This document shows positions 13,510-26,222 of a stretch of DNA of 64,000 nucleotides, in pieces. The stretch is from Octopus sinensis. Lineage: Eukaryota. The DNA is taken from the NCBI RefSeq assembly GCF_006345805.1, contig NC_043001.1:100130001-100194000 (forward strand), in the 5' to 3' direction. The first letter of the stretch is position 1. Each line of letters opens with the position of its first letter. The notes under the pieces were generated by a model. The model was not told the DNA's origin and did not search any database. It saw nothing but the letters and a program-made list of their open reading frames with translations. A program made the translations under genes and the position numbers.

Positions 13510-13880
13510 AAAAGGTTTGTCAGCTTTAGGTCATGGAGATCTCTTTTTAGTATAAAAATTTGATTACCTTCTGTTTTAAGGGTTCACAAAAAGAACATAA
13601 GTAAGTGGAAAACCTAGTAGGTCAATAGTGTTCTTTACTTGTTGTTGATGTTATTTGAACGCTAGTTAGGGGCTGTAACCTATTTATATTGAGATGGTTG
13701 AGGTTATTTTAAACTTCAGTCAAGCATGTAAGACTTTGTAATTAGAAGTGTTTATTCGTGTCAGCTATAGGTCATGGTGATTTTAGTATATAAATTTGTT
13801 CATCTTGTGTTTCAAGGTTCACAAAATAATGTAGGCAGGTATAAAGGTTTGTTGGCCAACAAGTTTCTAATTAGGCGTTA
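13510..13880. repeat. Diverged direct repeat of about 110 bp (period about 245 bp)
   Basis: gtcagctttaggtcatgg...aaggttcacaaaa at about 13519 and about 13762. Confidence 0.6.
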
Positions 13881-14299
13881 ATTGTTCTTGAAGTTTTTTT
13901 TTTCAATGTGTTTCGGGGACTATATTTTTATAAATATTTCTTCTATTCAATTACAAGCATGAGTATTAGTAATTATATTTACGCTATTTTGAACCAATGA
14001 ATATACGCAAATGTGGGACATTATAAAATTGCGTGTATATATTTATATATATAGAAAATAAGTAATTAATTAATACACGAAACGTTTCTAAGACATGTTA
14101 ATCTCCTAGCATCATTGTACAATATGCATGTGTGTGTATGTGTGTATCTGTATGTATGCGCTTATATTGGAATTTTTGTGTGGATATTTTGATTGAAAGC
14201 TGGAGAACTTTCAGATAATTTCTTCAGTACTGATTTAGTGGAAAACTGTGATGTTAGTGTTTATGCATATCATGTGGATGGCTTACGGGCGTGTGGGGG

Positions 14300-16400
14300 G
14301 AGAAGTAGGCGAAATATTATCATTAAAAAAAGCTATTAGTTTAAAATCTCTTAGCGTTTAGAATATTTTGTCTTCGCGGGAAGAGACTAATTCAGAGTGT
14401 CATTTCAATATTTGATTTTTAAATATGAGAATATTGTTGGATTCATAGGAATAAAGTTGGCAGAGTTTCTTGTTACATTGATATGGTGGCGCGTTTATCA
14501 ATATTTTCTAATTAATCTTAAAAAGGAATATTCTTTGGTTGTAATATACAAATATGTTTGGTAAGTGAGGCGTCATTTTTACTGTTTAGGTTCCTGAAAA
14601 TATGTATGTCTTGGTTGTATCATGTCTTGAACTGGTTTACTGATGACCCTCTCTATGTGAATGTAGTAAGTGGTATAATGTTCATGGTTATAGTTGCGTT
14701 ATAAACAATATTGCTTCTGAGACAGTTTGATATTACAAGATAGGATGCAAAAGCCATGAAGTTGCAATTATTATTTCCATGTATGTAGTTTGGGTTTTCA
14801 CTTTTAAAGTATAATAGGTGAGCATAGGTGACCACAAGATTTTCGAAGTTCTAAGTTGTAGAATACATTTTGATGTTGTGTTTATTTATGTATTTGTGAT
14901 ACTTGTTCAAATGGGGAGCTTCATTGTATGCAGTAGCTATTTCATTGGAAGATAAAGAAGAAAATCTTAGAGATATGTTACTTACTAGGTTTTTAATTAT
15001 ACCTTTGGGATGGCTGGATTGCCTATCCATATACTGAATATTTTCGTTTTCTGTACTGGATTCTAGGTCGAAGGTAAGATCGAGACTGCTGATTGATTTT
15101 AAATGTGTTTCTACATAAATTAAGAAGACGAGATTATAAAAAAGTGATATAGCTCTTTTCTATATTTACCGGTTGTTGTGGGTTGTATTTTCTTAGGTGG
15201 AGCTGATAGTCGTCCTTGTAGAGACGGCCTGAGACAAGAAAAAATTGGCTTAGTAAGTTTGCTAATGTGTAGAGTTGACAATATAGCTTACATCGAGTGG
15301 TTCTGCTAAGTTTTTCTTACTCCAGAATGCATTGTTGTGAAAAGGAAGGGACTTCCATGCTTTTAGTATTGCTTTTTTTGTGCCTTAGTATCGTTTATTG
15401 TAGTTAATGTTTTTAGAAAGTTCAAAGCAGTCGTAAGTATTGGCTTTGCTATTCATATTTAATAGTCTTTGATGTCAAACTGAAGAAATGGCAAATAATT
15501 TTGTTTGGAATATTTTCCCTCCAATATATTACCTCGTTTGTGATATTCCAGAGATGCAATGTTGACTTTGCTTTACTTCTGGTGAGAATTAGTCTATGAT
15601 TCTTTTAGTAATAATGCCTAAATCTGGTTTTGAAGGGTTTATAAGTCTGACGGATGAGTTGCCATTGCGATTGGTCTTTTATGGTTGATATAGGAATTTT
15701 GGCATTAATATGTCTACTCTATCATCGATTGTAAACCTGGAGGCTATTTTTTGGCTGTGATGTTTATATCATTTATGGTTATATATTTTGTTTTCCCTTT
15801 TTTTTCACTGTGTTGGAGATTGTATTAGATAGAGAGAAAGACAAGCAGAGATTGTTTATCTTGTCCGATGTTACAAATAAATTTGTGCTGGTTTTGTTGT
15901 CGTTGATTTCCTGCTTCAGCTATTTCTGCGGTGTATTAGTTCGCTTGCTAAGTTTTATTTCCTTCGTCATTGCCAATAAATCATCTTCAAAGTGTTGCAG
16001 TGATGGATTAGTTGGTGCGAACTTCACTGTCGTGAATCCATAGTTGTTGCTGAGATGTTCGTTCCGTTGATCTTTTTAAAGAATAGTAAATTTTCCATCT
16101 AATTTTCAAGCTAAAATTTCTCGTTTATTTTTGCAATAGCGTTTTCAAGTAATGCTTTTTGGTTAGTAATGTAGTTTTTTTTTCATAAAGAAGTGTATTG
16201 TGTGTTGTCGCATCTTTACTTGTTGGTCAATTAATGTTAGAAAAGAACTTACTTCGGAACGAAGCCTTTACGTTAATGTCTGTTTCTACGTCGAATCATA
16301 ATTCAAACAATTTTACATTAAACTGAAGGATTACCCAATACTTTTTGTCGGGTACATATTAATCTTTTAAAAGAACCGTGTTGACAATGGCTTGATTGTT
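14300..16400 (-). mobile_element. Heavily degraded Penelope-like element (RT plus GIY-YIG endonuclease)
   Basis: Minus-strand remnants AWKSLPFHNNAFWSKKN (ARKSLLF-like), GRLYKDD (YRDD catalytic motif), CLRSNIVYNATI, SLTKHI and PPYQCNKKLCQL. Confidence 0.8.
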
Positions 16401-16740
16401 TCGGCCTGCTTAGCCTTCATCAGACTGGACTACATTTGAGTTCATCTTGGCTTTATATAGTCTCTGGCAAGTTTATTTTATTGGGGTAGATGAAGTTGTG
16501 TTGAATGATAATTAAGTTGTGGAGTAAAATATGATGGAAGATTTTTTTTATTATTACATTTAGAATTATGTTATTGTTCAGAGTTCAGTAATACCCTGCA
16601 ACCTAATTACCATTCATTATAGCCTCACCTAACCCAGAAAAAAAAAAACTTACCAGGGAATATATAAAGCCAAGATGAACGCAAATGTACCAGAGTCCGA
16701 TGAAGGCTAAGCAGGCCTAAACTTTGGGGTCACTTTCAAT
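16400..16740. repeat. Inverted repeat at the Penelope 5' end (arms about 16400-16459 and 16661-16722) carrying hammerhead core remnants
   Basis: Minus copy CTGATGA aggctaagcaggcc GAAAc. Plus copy agagt CCGATGA aggctaagcaggcc TAAA ctttgggg TC acttt. Confidence 0.7.
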
Positions 16741-16814
16741 ACTATCTTTGTAGAATAAATATATATTCTACAAAAAGTATTGAGTAATAATTCAGTTTAA
16801 TGTAAAATTGTTTT

Positions 16815-16945
16815 TATTCGGCGAAGTGACAGAATCGTTAGCACGCCGGACAAGATGCTTAGCAGCATTTTGTCCGTCCTTACGTTCTTTTATCCTTTCG
16901 AGGGTCCATGAAATAAGTACCAGTTGAACACTGGGGTTCAATGAA
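16815..16945 (+). mobile_element. SINE family C fragment (Meta-domain-like core)
   Basis: tcctttcgagggtccatgaaataagtaccagttgaacactgggg is shared with other family C copies. Meta-domain assignment is from memory. Confidence 0.6.
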
Positions 16946-17034
16946 ACCCTTCCGCTGGTTATGAAACATATGTGATCTGGATTTATTCCGTTCCTTAATT
17001 TTTAGATGTTTATTCGTACACACACACACACAAA

Positions 17035-18025
17035 GGTGTGAAACTGTGTTTTAGCAATTGGTTGATGGTTGCACCATCATACGATGTAGTGAAGCACTGG
17101 CATCGCCAGTTCAAATGTGGTCGGACATCGGTGGAAACTGCTCATATTCTGGACGACCACATTCCGCCATTGATGACGACACCATAAAGAGTCGCGCCGC
17201 ATAACTATTCGGCAATTAGCCCAAGAAGTGAAGATAAGTGTAGGACCCATGGAAAAGATCATTCACGACCATTTGCACACGCGGAAGTTATCTGCACGGT
17301 GGATTTTCCGGTTGCTCATAGCTTTTCAGAAGCAGGAACGAGTCAATTGCTCCTAGGCCCTTTTGGCAATGTGCCAAGAAAACGAGAACATTTTCGGCTG
17401 ACTTATCACACAGGATGCAACTTGGGTCCGCCATTATGATCCTGAGACTAAAGTCCAGTCGAAGCAATGGAAGCATGATAACTCACAACCTCAGCAGGAA
17501 AGGTGATGCTCACAGTCTTTTGGGACCAGCGCGGAGTAGTGGTGATGGATTTTCTGGCAAAGGGCAACACAGTTAACGGGGCATGTTATGTTTTTCTGCT
17601 GCAGAAATTGCGGGACGCCATCAAAGCAGAGGCGTAGCATGCTGACCAAAGGAGTCCGCCTCCTCCAAGACAACAATGCGCATGTTCCCCAGATGAAAGT
17701 ACACTCCTGTGGCTATGAAATCCATCTTTATCCCTCTTACTTTCCCAACCTCGCATCATCTGACTTCCACCACTTTTCAACCATGAAGTCTTTTTTGTAG
17801 GCGAAGCACTTTTCGGATGATGGTAAACTTATTTCCGAGATAGAATCTCGGCTCCAGACGCACCCAACCAACTTCTACAGACGAGGTCTTCAAAGCTGCA
17901 TAAAGCAATAGAAGTGTGTCACCATTGGTGGTGGCCATGCAGAGAAGGACTAATAATGCCAAGTTTCGTTTATTCCAGTTCTTGGAAAGTGGGTCTGGGG
18001 GAAATCTTTAAAGAAAACCCCTCGT
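17035..18025 (+). mobile_element. Degraded mariner transposon (DD34D type)
   Basis: RKLSARWI, HYDPETKVQSKQWKH, AGKVMLTVFWD, LLQDN, PSYFPNLASSDF; terminal aaaacccctcgt. Confidence 0.85.
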
Positions 18026-18034
18026 GTTTGTGAG

Positions 18035-18484
18035 CATATAGGAGCATATAAAAAAATATATAATATATATCATGTAAAAAAATAAAAGTTCATCGTTTAG
18101 TAATATTATTAAATAATTATTCAGGTAAAAGAAGCCTTATAGTTAAGAAGGGAACCATATTTACTTATCCCTATGGCCATTTCAGGGGTGTATTATGTTT
18201 AAAGCACTAGGGTGCATCCAGATAATACCTCCTTCGTCAGGGGAAAAAAATATATAAACATAAAGATAGACATCATAACGTACCAAGCCAGCACAATATT
18301 GTTTGCTTTCCTATTGAGGCATTCATGCTCGGATAGCCCAAAGGAGAGAGATAAGTAAATATGGTTCCCTTCTTAACTATAAGGCCTCTTTTACCTGAAT
18401 AATTATTTAATAAGATTTCTAAACGATGAACTTTTATTTTTTTTACATGATATATATTATATGTTTTTTATATGCTCCTATATG
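18035..18484. repeat. Long inverted repeat (arms 18035-18169 and 18350-18484, spacer 180 nt)
   Basis: Arms are reverse complements with a few mismatches; the right arm abuts TA-rich sequence. Confidence 0.92.
18168..18244 (-). ncRNA. Minimal type I hammerhead ribozyme motif
   Basis: Minus strand: tccc CTGACGA aggaggtattat...ataatacacccct GAAA tggcca TA ggga. Helix I 4 bp, long helix II, palindromic helix III. Confidence 0.8.
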
Positions 18485-18889
18485 TATATATATATATTAT
18501 ATATTTTATATATTTTTATATACCTATATATTTTTATATATTACTTATATTATATTTTTACTTTCTACGTCTTTTTAAAAAAATGTATTTTTTCTGAATC
18601 GCTAAAATATTAACTCTAAATTTTGATGAAGAAAAAAAATTTTTTTCTCGCACCTTATTATTATTATATGCTTGTCTGCTTATACAGATGAATTATGTTC
18701 CATCTTGCGGGATGTTTATATGTATATTCTATGATTAAATGTTCGAATTATGAAATGATATGCGGATGACCTTGCATTTGTTTGTTCAATAATTTTAGTT
18801 TGATATTTTTGTCTCTTTCAATAGAGCACTTCTATAGCAGTCCTATTAATCTTTTTGTTCCTGACAAGAAACAATCACTGTATTATTGA

Positions 18890-19320
<431 letters not shown>

Positions 19321-20239
19321 ATAGGGGGAGATATAGGGAGGTAATCACAATACATGAACTGATAGGACCTTAGACTCTCAGGTGACAACAGTTCATATAC
19401 AGCCGCCCTGTCAACCATTTAAAAGCTTTTCAGTTCACTTCTGCACAAGACTTCATTGTGACAAAGATTTTTGGATTTATTTATTTACGTTGTTTGTATG
19501 AAATGTGAAACTATTGCTCCAAACACATGGATCTGACATTTGTTTCACTACCAATATTTGATGCTGATTTTTTTTCTCACGACGTTGTGATTTTATATTA
19601 AGACACAGTTTTTAGTATACTAAGATTTAGTGAATTAAGACTAAATTACCATTTTTACAAAGTATGCTATTAAATTGATGCCGGTGCCAGATTTGGAATC
19701 AAGATGTTATTTTTACGTAGTTGTGATTTGTATTAAAAGTTAGATATAAGGAAAAGAATCGTAAGAAAGTAACCCAAGATATTCACCGCTTTGACACGAA
19801 CAATCGTAGGACGGAGATTGATGGACACGTCTGACCTCAAGTGATATTTTCATCGAAGGAAACGCAGACGACATCACCAATATTGTGGTTAGCGGCTCAG
19901 TTTCGCCAAACAACTCGGTCGTCACAGATTTGAAAATGTAATTTCCCCACAAGTGGCCATACTTAGAGGCTGAGAGCTTTAACTTGTTACATTTTACATT
20001 GCAAAGTGTTACTCGTGATATTAGCGTCAAAAACTGTGATTTTAGATCAACATATTATTTTCACATTTTTGTGACTTTCTTATCTGAAGTGATTCGGATG
20101 AACTAATTACTCTTTTACTCGTTTCAGCCATGCGGTCGTGGTCATACTGGAGCACCACCGTGGTCTTTCTGACTTCCTCAGTCTGGGAAAGACCATGGTG
20201 GTATTCCATAGGAGGAAAGAACGTAAATTATATATATAT

Positions 20240-20800
20240 ATGTAGTGATCCGACAACGGCGCGCGCTCGCGCACCGCCCATTTGTATTTCGCGCGTGTTG
20301 GTGCCTTTACCAAGGCACAGAAAGGAAGGCCCCTCTCGCGCATGCGCGAACCACCGGTAGCACGACCCTATTGCCTACGTAGCAGTTAGCGAGGCAAGGG
20401 GGTCGTAGAACGTTTGACCGCTAGCAGCAGCAGCCAATGACTTGGGAACCAGCGATTGAAGGCGACGGTCACGCGTATATTCTCTCTCCGTCAGGGCTTG
20501 ATTCTAGCAGCAGTCGGCCGAAATACCTTTAACCAAATTGTTGCCGACCACATTTCAACTTCCCTGTTCGACGCCATTTTGACCCCTTTCTGTTTTTGGG
20601 CTGGACATTGTAAATATTACAATCTATTAACTTATAGCGGTGCGCGCCCGAACCTAGGACATCAGATAACACACTTATTGTTATTGTTTACCAAGAAAGA
20701 GAATAAAGTAGTTATATGTATATTTTACGTCTGCGTCCTGTTGTTTCTGACTAGTAGAATTCTGGATTATTAAAGCAACGGCTAGTGAGTGATTGCTTTG
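20240..20800. promoter_or_regulatory. CpG-rich Pol II promoter-like island
   Basis: Locally high GC and CpG. Contains CCGCCC, GCGCATGCGC (NRF1-type), GCCAATGA, a pyrimidine tract at about 20481 and CGCCATTTT (YY1-type) at 20573-20581. Confidence 0.6.
20527..20577 (-). CDS. Candidate first coding exon MASNREVEMWSATIWLK
   Basis: aaaaATGGCG Kozak-like start, 17 codons, then AG|GTATTT donor in phase 0. No downstream exons identified. Confidence 0.3.
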
Positions 20801-20856
20801 TGCACCCCAAAAGTGCACGAGGATATTCACTCACACGAAGTTCGTTAGATATATAT

Positions 20857-21033
20857 AAATTAATTGTTATCGCCATATTAATATGGCATTCTTATAGATA
20901 TAAGAATAATCGCTGCCGCTGGTCAGCTCCATGAGGCCACCGCCATCAGATAGCATCATGGAGCTGACCAGCGGCAGCGATTATTCTTATATCTATAAGA
21001 ATGCCATATTAATATGGCGATAACAATTAATTT
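20857..21033. repeat. Perfect hairpin (78-bp arms, 21-nt loop) with nested palindromes
   Basis: Arms 20857-20934 and 20956-21033 are exact reverse complements. Confidence 0.95.
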
Positions 21034-21087
21034 CCAGTAAACGCTGCCGTAATCTCTTTTATAGAGACTTAGTAATTTTAATATTTC

Positions 21088-21132
<45 letters not shown>

Positions 21133-21177
21133 ATATATATATGAAAGAATGGAGCTGAACGATGAATTAACAAAATT

Positions 21178-21272
21178 CCTTTATTTTCGATATATGTTTC
21201 GAAGGCTGCATATTCCTAATTGCGAAGGAATAAGGAGTACATTATGCCGCTTTCTCATCAGGAAAAGCAAGG
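21178..21272 (-). ncRNA. Hammerhead motif, left arm (helix III mismatch)
   Basis: ccttgcttttc CTGATGA gaaagcggcata...tatgcagccttc GAAA catata TC gaaaataaagg. Confidence 0.7.
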
Positions 21273-21309
21273 AACTTATGTCAACATCATTTTGACGTTG
21301 ACATAAGTT

Positions 21310-21403
21310 CCTTGTTTTTCCTGATGAGAAGCGGCATAATGTACTCCTTATTCCTTCGCAATTAGGAATATGCAGCCTTCAAAACATATGTTGAAAATAA
21401 AGG
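21310..21403 (+). ncRNA. Hammerhead motif, right arm (G12 to A core change)
   Basis: ccttgtttttc CTGATGA gaagcggcata...tatgcagccttc AAAA catatg TT gaaaataaagg. Confidence 0.6.
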
Positions 21404-21614
21404 AATTTTGTTAATTCATCATTCAGCTCCATTCTTTCATATATTTAAAATAAACATACAAATTTCCACACGAAAGCACGTAATCTATGCCCTAGGCACG
21501 AAACTTCAACCGTGTTTTTTCTGATGTGAAGTTGCTACCCAGGTATCGGTTAATTAGAATTATCCATAATAAGATAATTCATTCAACTACTCAAATATAT
21601 ATATATATATATAT

Positions 21615-21782
21615 ATAAGAAAATGGAGAAACAAATTAAGTTTGTTCATCAACTTACGGATATCATAATGTTAGATTATTTATTCATTTTACAAATGAGC
21701 ATTTGTAAAATGAATAAATAATCTAATATTATAATATCCGTAAGTTGATGAACAAACTGAATTTGTTTCTCCATTTTCTTAT
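21615..21782. repeat. Hairpin (83-bp arms, 2-nt loop) after (TA)n
   Basis: Arms 21615-21697 and 21700-21782, three mismatches seen. Confidence 0.93.
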
Positions 21783-21973
21783 TTGTATTATAAATTTACG
21801 GTAAAAATATTTCTTTACCTTCACCCGTTTAATACAATAAATGAATTAATAGCATTGCAATTGAAAACATTTATGCGTTAAGAATTTGGGTACTTCACCA
21901 ACAGTATATTTGATAACTGATATCCCATAGTGAGTTACAGCCATAACCCCTATCTTACTTTGTACTATATATA

Positions 21974-22073
<100 letters not shown>

Positions 22074-22398
22074 ATAAAAACGATATTTAAATATCGATCT
22101 TATCAAGTGGCCAGCATGGGAATAAATACGATACAAAGGTAATAATTATTTAAAGCTATAAATTAGGGTATCTGAGAGATATCACCATGCTGAAATAGCA
22201 GTCAAAACCCTGACCCTAAAGCCACCTAAAATATTCATATAGCGCTAGGAAAGACAGAGACGAAATAAACTAGCAAAAAAAGATTTTTCTGGATAATATA
22301 TATAATCATATCAAAGGGAAATGGAAATTAATAGAAATTTTCATTTCCAGTGACCTAGCGTGTAAAAATTTAGTCCAAAGACTATGTATTAGTCACAA

Positions 22399-22499
22399 AA
22401 TACAGTGTACATTTAAACACATAAGAGGAATCCACTAGCTGTTCTTTCTAGCGTGTCGAATCCCACGAGTGGATTCCTTATGTGTTTAAATGTACAATG

Positions 22500-22551
<52 letters not shown>

Positions 22552-22610
22552 ATATATATATATATATATAATATAATATATATATATATAATACAGTGTA
22601 CATTTAACAC
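22399..22610. repeat. Hairpin (about 37-bp arms, 31-nt loop), then (TA)n, then a third partial arm copy
   Basis: aatacagtgtacatttaaacacataag... at 22399, inverted at 22468-22503, and again at about 22590. Confidence 0.85.
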
Positions 22611-22616
22611 ACACAC

Positions 22617-22651
<35 letters not shown>

Positions 22652-23314
22652 AAACCCTTTGTATATTTTAATTACTTTCGCAAAATGTGAATGTGGACTG
22701 TAGCGTAGCACACGCATATACATGTACGTCCTAGATAGACATAGATAGATGAACGTAGATGCGTTTATATTTAAGCATACATTTTCGTGGCAATAAAACT
22801 TTTGAAATTTGTTTACAAAATGTTAGAGTTATTAAAATCAATTATATAAAATAATCTAAGTATGTTTTTAAGTATGTCGGATAAGTTAGAATCAATGCGG
22901 CTTTCCAACAGAAAAACCATTCTCACTCTTTGACTTTGATGCTATTGTTACCGGTTTCATAATGCTGTAATTTTGTATCCAATTGCTATTTTACATATGC
23001 TGTAATTTTAGATTAGTGGTTCGACACACAACAACTGCTGCAATGCTTGGGCACGTCGTTAGAGTTGTTTACCGGAATTGCTGGGTTCTTTCGGTTCTTA
23101 TAACATACACCATCATCGAAGAGACCCAAAGATATTCGTGCATTATAATCAAAGAATGTCCCTTTTAGAAAATATTGTCATAGGTACAACCATTCAACAA
23201 AAAACACAAACCATTGCAATCAAATTATCGCGCGCAGTTATCAAATTCTGAACCGAAACTCTGAATTAGTCTCTTCCTGCAAACACGAAATCTTCAAAAC
23301 ACTATGACATATTT

Positions 23315-23726
23315 ACTCTTTTTCTTTTTACTCTTTTTACTTGTTTCAGTCGTTTGACTGCAGCCATGCTGGAGCACCGCCTTTAGTCGAGCAAATCGAC
23401 CCCGGGACTTATTCTTTGTAAGCCCAGTACTTATTCTATCGGTCTCTTTTGCCGAACCGCTAAGTGACGGGGACGTAAACACACCAGCATCGGTTGTCAA
23501 GCAATGCTAGGGGAACAAACACAGACACACAAACATATTCACACACACTTATATATATATACATATATACGACAGGCTTCTTTCAGTTTCCGTCTACCAA
23601 ATCCACTCACAAGGCATTGGTCGGCCCGGGGCTATAGCAGAAGACACTTGCCCAAGATGCCACGCAGTGGACTGAACCCGGAACCATGTGGTTCGTTAGC
23701 AAGCTACTTACCAACAGCCACTCCTG
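23315..23726 (-). mobile_element. SINE family A, full-length
   Basis: Homology to the other copies; head caggagtggctg. Confidence 0.9.
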
Positions 23727-25311
23727 CGCCTATATCAAACCAATTTTTTTTTCAAATGGATTAATATGACAATACCTCACCCACTTTTCTTCCACCTCAT
23801 CACTACAGACTATCCTCACAGTTCACATAAGCATTAAAACAATTGCTTTCCACTAAACCAGCGCAGTAGAAATTATCTAAAAGTTCTTCAACTTTCAACC
23901 AAACTCGAGATTTCTCAAAAGTAGCTGTCCCCTCGAGCACAATCCTTCTCCATACACATATGCAGTGATGTTGGAGGATTAACCTGGCTTAATTAATTTT
24001 TCTGCATTTATTTTAATGTTATGCATAAGGATATGCGCGCATTTTTATTATGTTCCACATTTGCGTTTATTCATTGGTTCAAAATAATATAAATACCATT
24101 ACTACTGCCTAAGCTTGAAACTGGATAATAGAAATATTTATAAACACAGAGTCCGTAAACTTGGCGTCCTCAAAACACAATGGTTTAATTTTCTAAACAG
24201 TAATCAAATAGCATAAAGAAACATTGGCTCCTAATGAGATATCTGCTGAAAAATTAACATTTTCTGAACCTTAAAACACAAGCTGAACGAAAGTCTGTGC
24301 TAAAAATAAACACATCCAAATAAACACACCTAATAGCAAACACTTACTTGCTTGGCTGAACTCTGAAAAAAACTTCCTCATTCTGAAACAAACAGGTTAA
24401 ATCTCGCATTAGTGTTCAAATAAAATGAATAACATCTAAACCTAGTGATACATCTGTTGACGAAATAACCTTTTCACTTACCTACTTTTTTCTGTGGACC
24501 CTCAAAGGATAACTGCAAGATCTGAAGTTGAAATATAAACACACCTGGTAACAACGTTATACATGCATGACTAAATTTTGAACAATAACACAAATACAAC
24601 TCCAAATTTCATCTTCAATAAATCTTTCCATCAGAACCTACCCTTCAACTGAATTGCCATTCAAAAGAACTCCACCTATCACAGAAAAAATAAATTTGCC
24701 AAAAAACTATATAAAGCCAAGCGGAACTCAAATATAACACAGTCCAATTAAAGCTAAGGAAGCCGAAAATTTCGAAGTCACAGTCACGACTATTCTTGCT
24801 AAAGAATAATGTGTGTGTATGTGTGTGTGTGTGTGTGCATTATTGAAACTCATAGTTTCAATTTAAAAAAAAAAAAATATCCTCATGAACATTATTTGTC
24901 CGACATAAAATAAAGTACATGTATGTATGTATGTATGTAAGTGTGTGTGTGTATCTACCGATGATGTACAAGTGAGGAAGAAAGACAAGAGGAAAGAAAA
25001 AATTCTAGGTTTTATAAGTGTGGTTTGAGTTTTCGATTTCAATGAAATGATCGCTTTGAAGTTCCAGTAGCATTTGCGAATGGGAAAATGTTCACAGATT
25101 TTGAACTCCTATGTGTTTGCCAAACGATGGATTTAATAAATTTTGGAATATGTTTTGTTTTTTTCCGAGACAGAAAAAGAACATCTTGTGCTGAATTTTT
25201 AAAAATATTTTAACAATTTAGTACAGAAATTTAACGATATGTACATTTATACACACACACACAATTATGCACAAATATATATATGTATATATATATATAT
25301 ATATATGTATA

Positions 25312-26222
25312 TACTAGCTGATGTACCTGGTAATTCCTGGGAAAGCGGGGCTTATCCCTTGGTTCCATTCTCATAATTGTTTCGCTAATCCAATGACAAA
25401 TACAATACAAAGTATGTAGCACGGTTTTTGTGCCTTTACAGAGAATACCGAACTGTCTTACACAGGATCATGTTTTTAGGAATTCCCAATAAGTTATGAA
25501 TACTCGAAATTGTGAAGTCAGTTATGTAATAACATGAAATTAGTTACCTAATAGTAAGAATTCAAATAAAGTAGCTCCACAAAAGGGTTTTAATGTGTTC
25601 TCAGAGTATATAAAACATAAGAGGAAATACTAATAAGGTATGTATACTAAAATCGTGAAGCATGTTACATAATAACAGGCTAATCAGGTATGAGATAATA
25701 ACAATTCAAAGTAAACAACTCTGAAAAGGGCTTTTGTGCGTTCCCAGAGAATATTACCCTCAGCGGCACTAGTGTTGGTATATTCGTGAATAAGTCACTA
25801 ACCGAAATAAGTGGATCTATTGTTTAGGAAAATACTATTTACTTGTTTAAGCATTGTACTGGATAAATTGCATAACTCTGATAGTTCAAATACTGAGAAA
25901 TAAGAATACTCAATTTCATTTTTGCCAAATAATTTAGGAAAATGAATGGGTTATTTCCCTTGGCTATATATATATAAGGATCCTTTCAAGGGAGCGAATG
26001 GGTTATTTTGCTTGGTTTTTGAAATAATATATTAGATATATATAAGGATACATTCCAGGGGCTCCATTATCGATTTTTTCAAGAATCTGAGTATGTCATG
26101 AGGTTTCCAGACATGAGTGCTACTCACGAGTCAAGTTTCATCAAAATAAAACAATGTAGGCGGAGTTAGCTAACAACTCCACAAACACACCCACAGACAG
26201 AATTTCCCACATATGTAGTAGA
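25312..26222 (+). mobile_element. Putative non-autonomous Helitron/Helentron-like element
   Basis: 5' actagctgatgtacctggtaattcctggg and 3' aagtttcatcaaaa...acacacccacagacagaatttcccacatatgtagtaga resemble HINE/DINE-type ends. Confidence 0.45.

Larger units (their letters stand above)
21137..21444. repeat. Long hairpin (about 149-bp arms, about 11-nt loop) after (TA)n; each arm is a hammerhead motif
   Basis: Arms are reverse complements with a handful of transitions and one indel. Confidence 0.95.

Noticed and set aside
19740-20030. 96-aa minus-strand ORF near the promoter island
   Set aside because: No recognisable motif, and no splice acceptor gives a convincing continuation of the candidate first exon.
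20320-20505. RNase MRP/P-like P4 elements (aaggaaggcccc ... cagggcttgattc) about 170 nt apart
   Set aside because: The bulged U is replaced by G, and there is no GARAR loop, no AC..A CR-V pattern, poor P1 pairing and no Pol III terminator. Promoter motifs explain the region better.
22165-22215. Hammerhead-like agggtat CTGAGAGA ... GAAA tagcag TC aaaaccct
   Set aside because: The core is not CTGANGA and helices II and III are weak; at best a decayed relic.
23085-23150. Minus-strand tcgatga tgg...ccGAAA
   Set aside because: Core mutated, with no NUH or helix I closure.
23940-24800. Possible further Penelope-like relic on the + strand
   Set aside because: Too degraded; no motif could be read with confidence.
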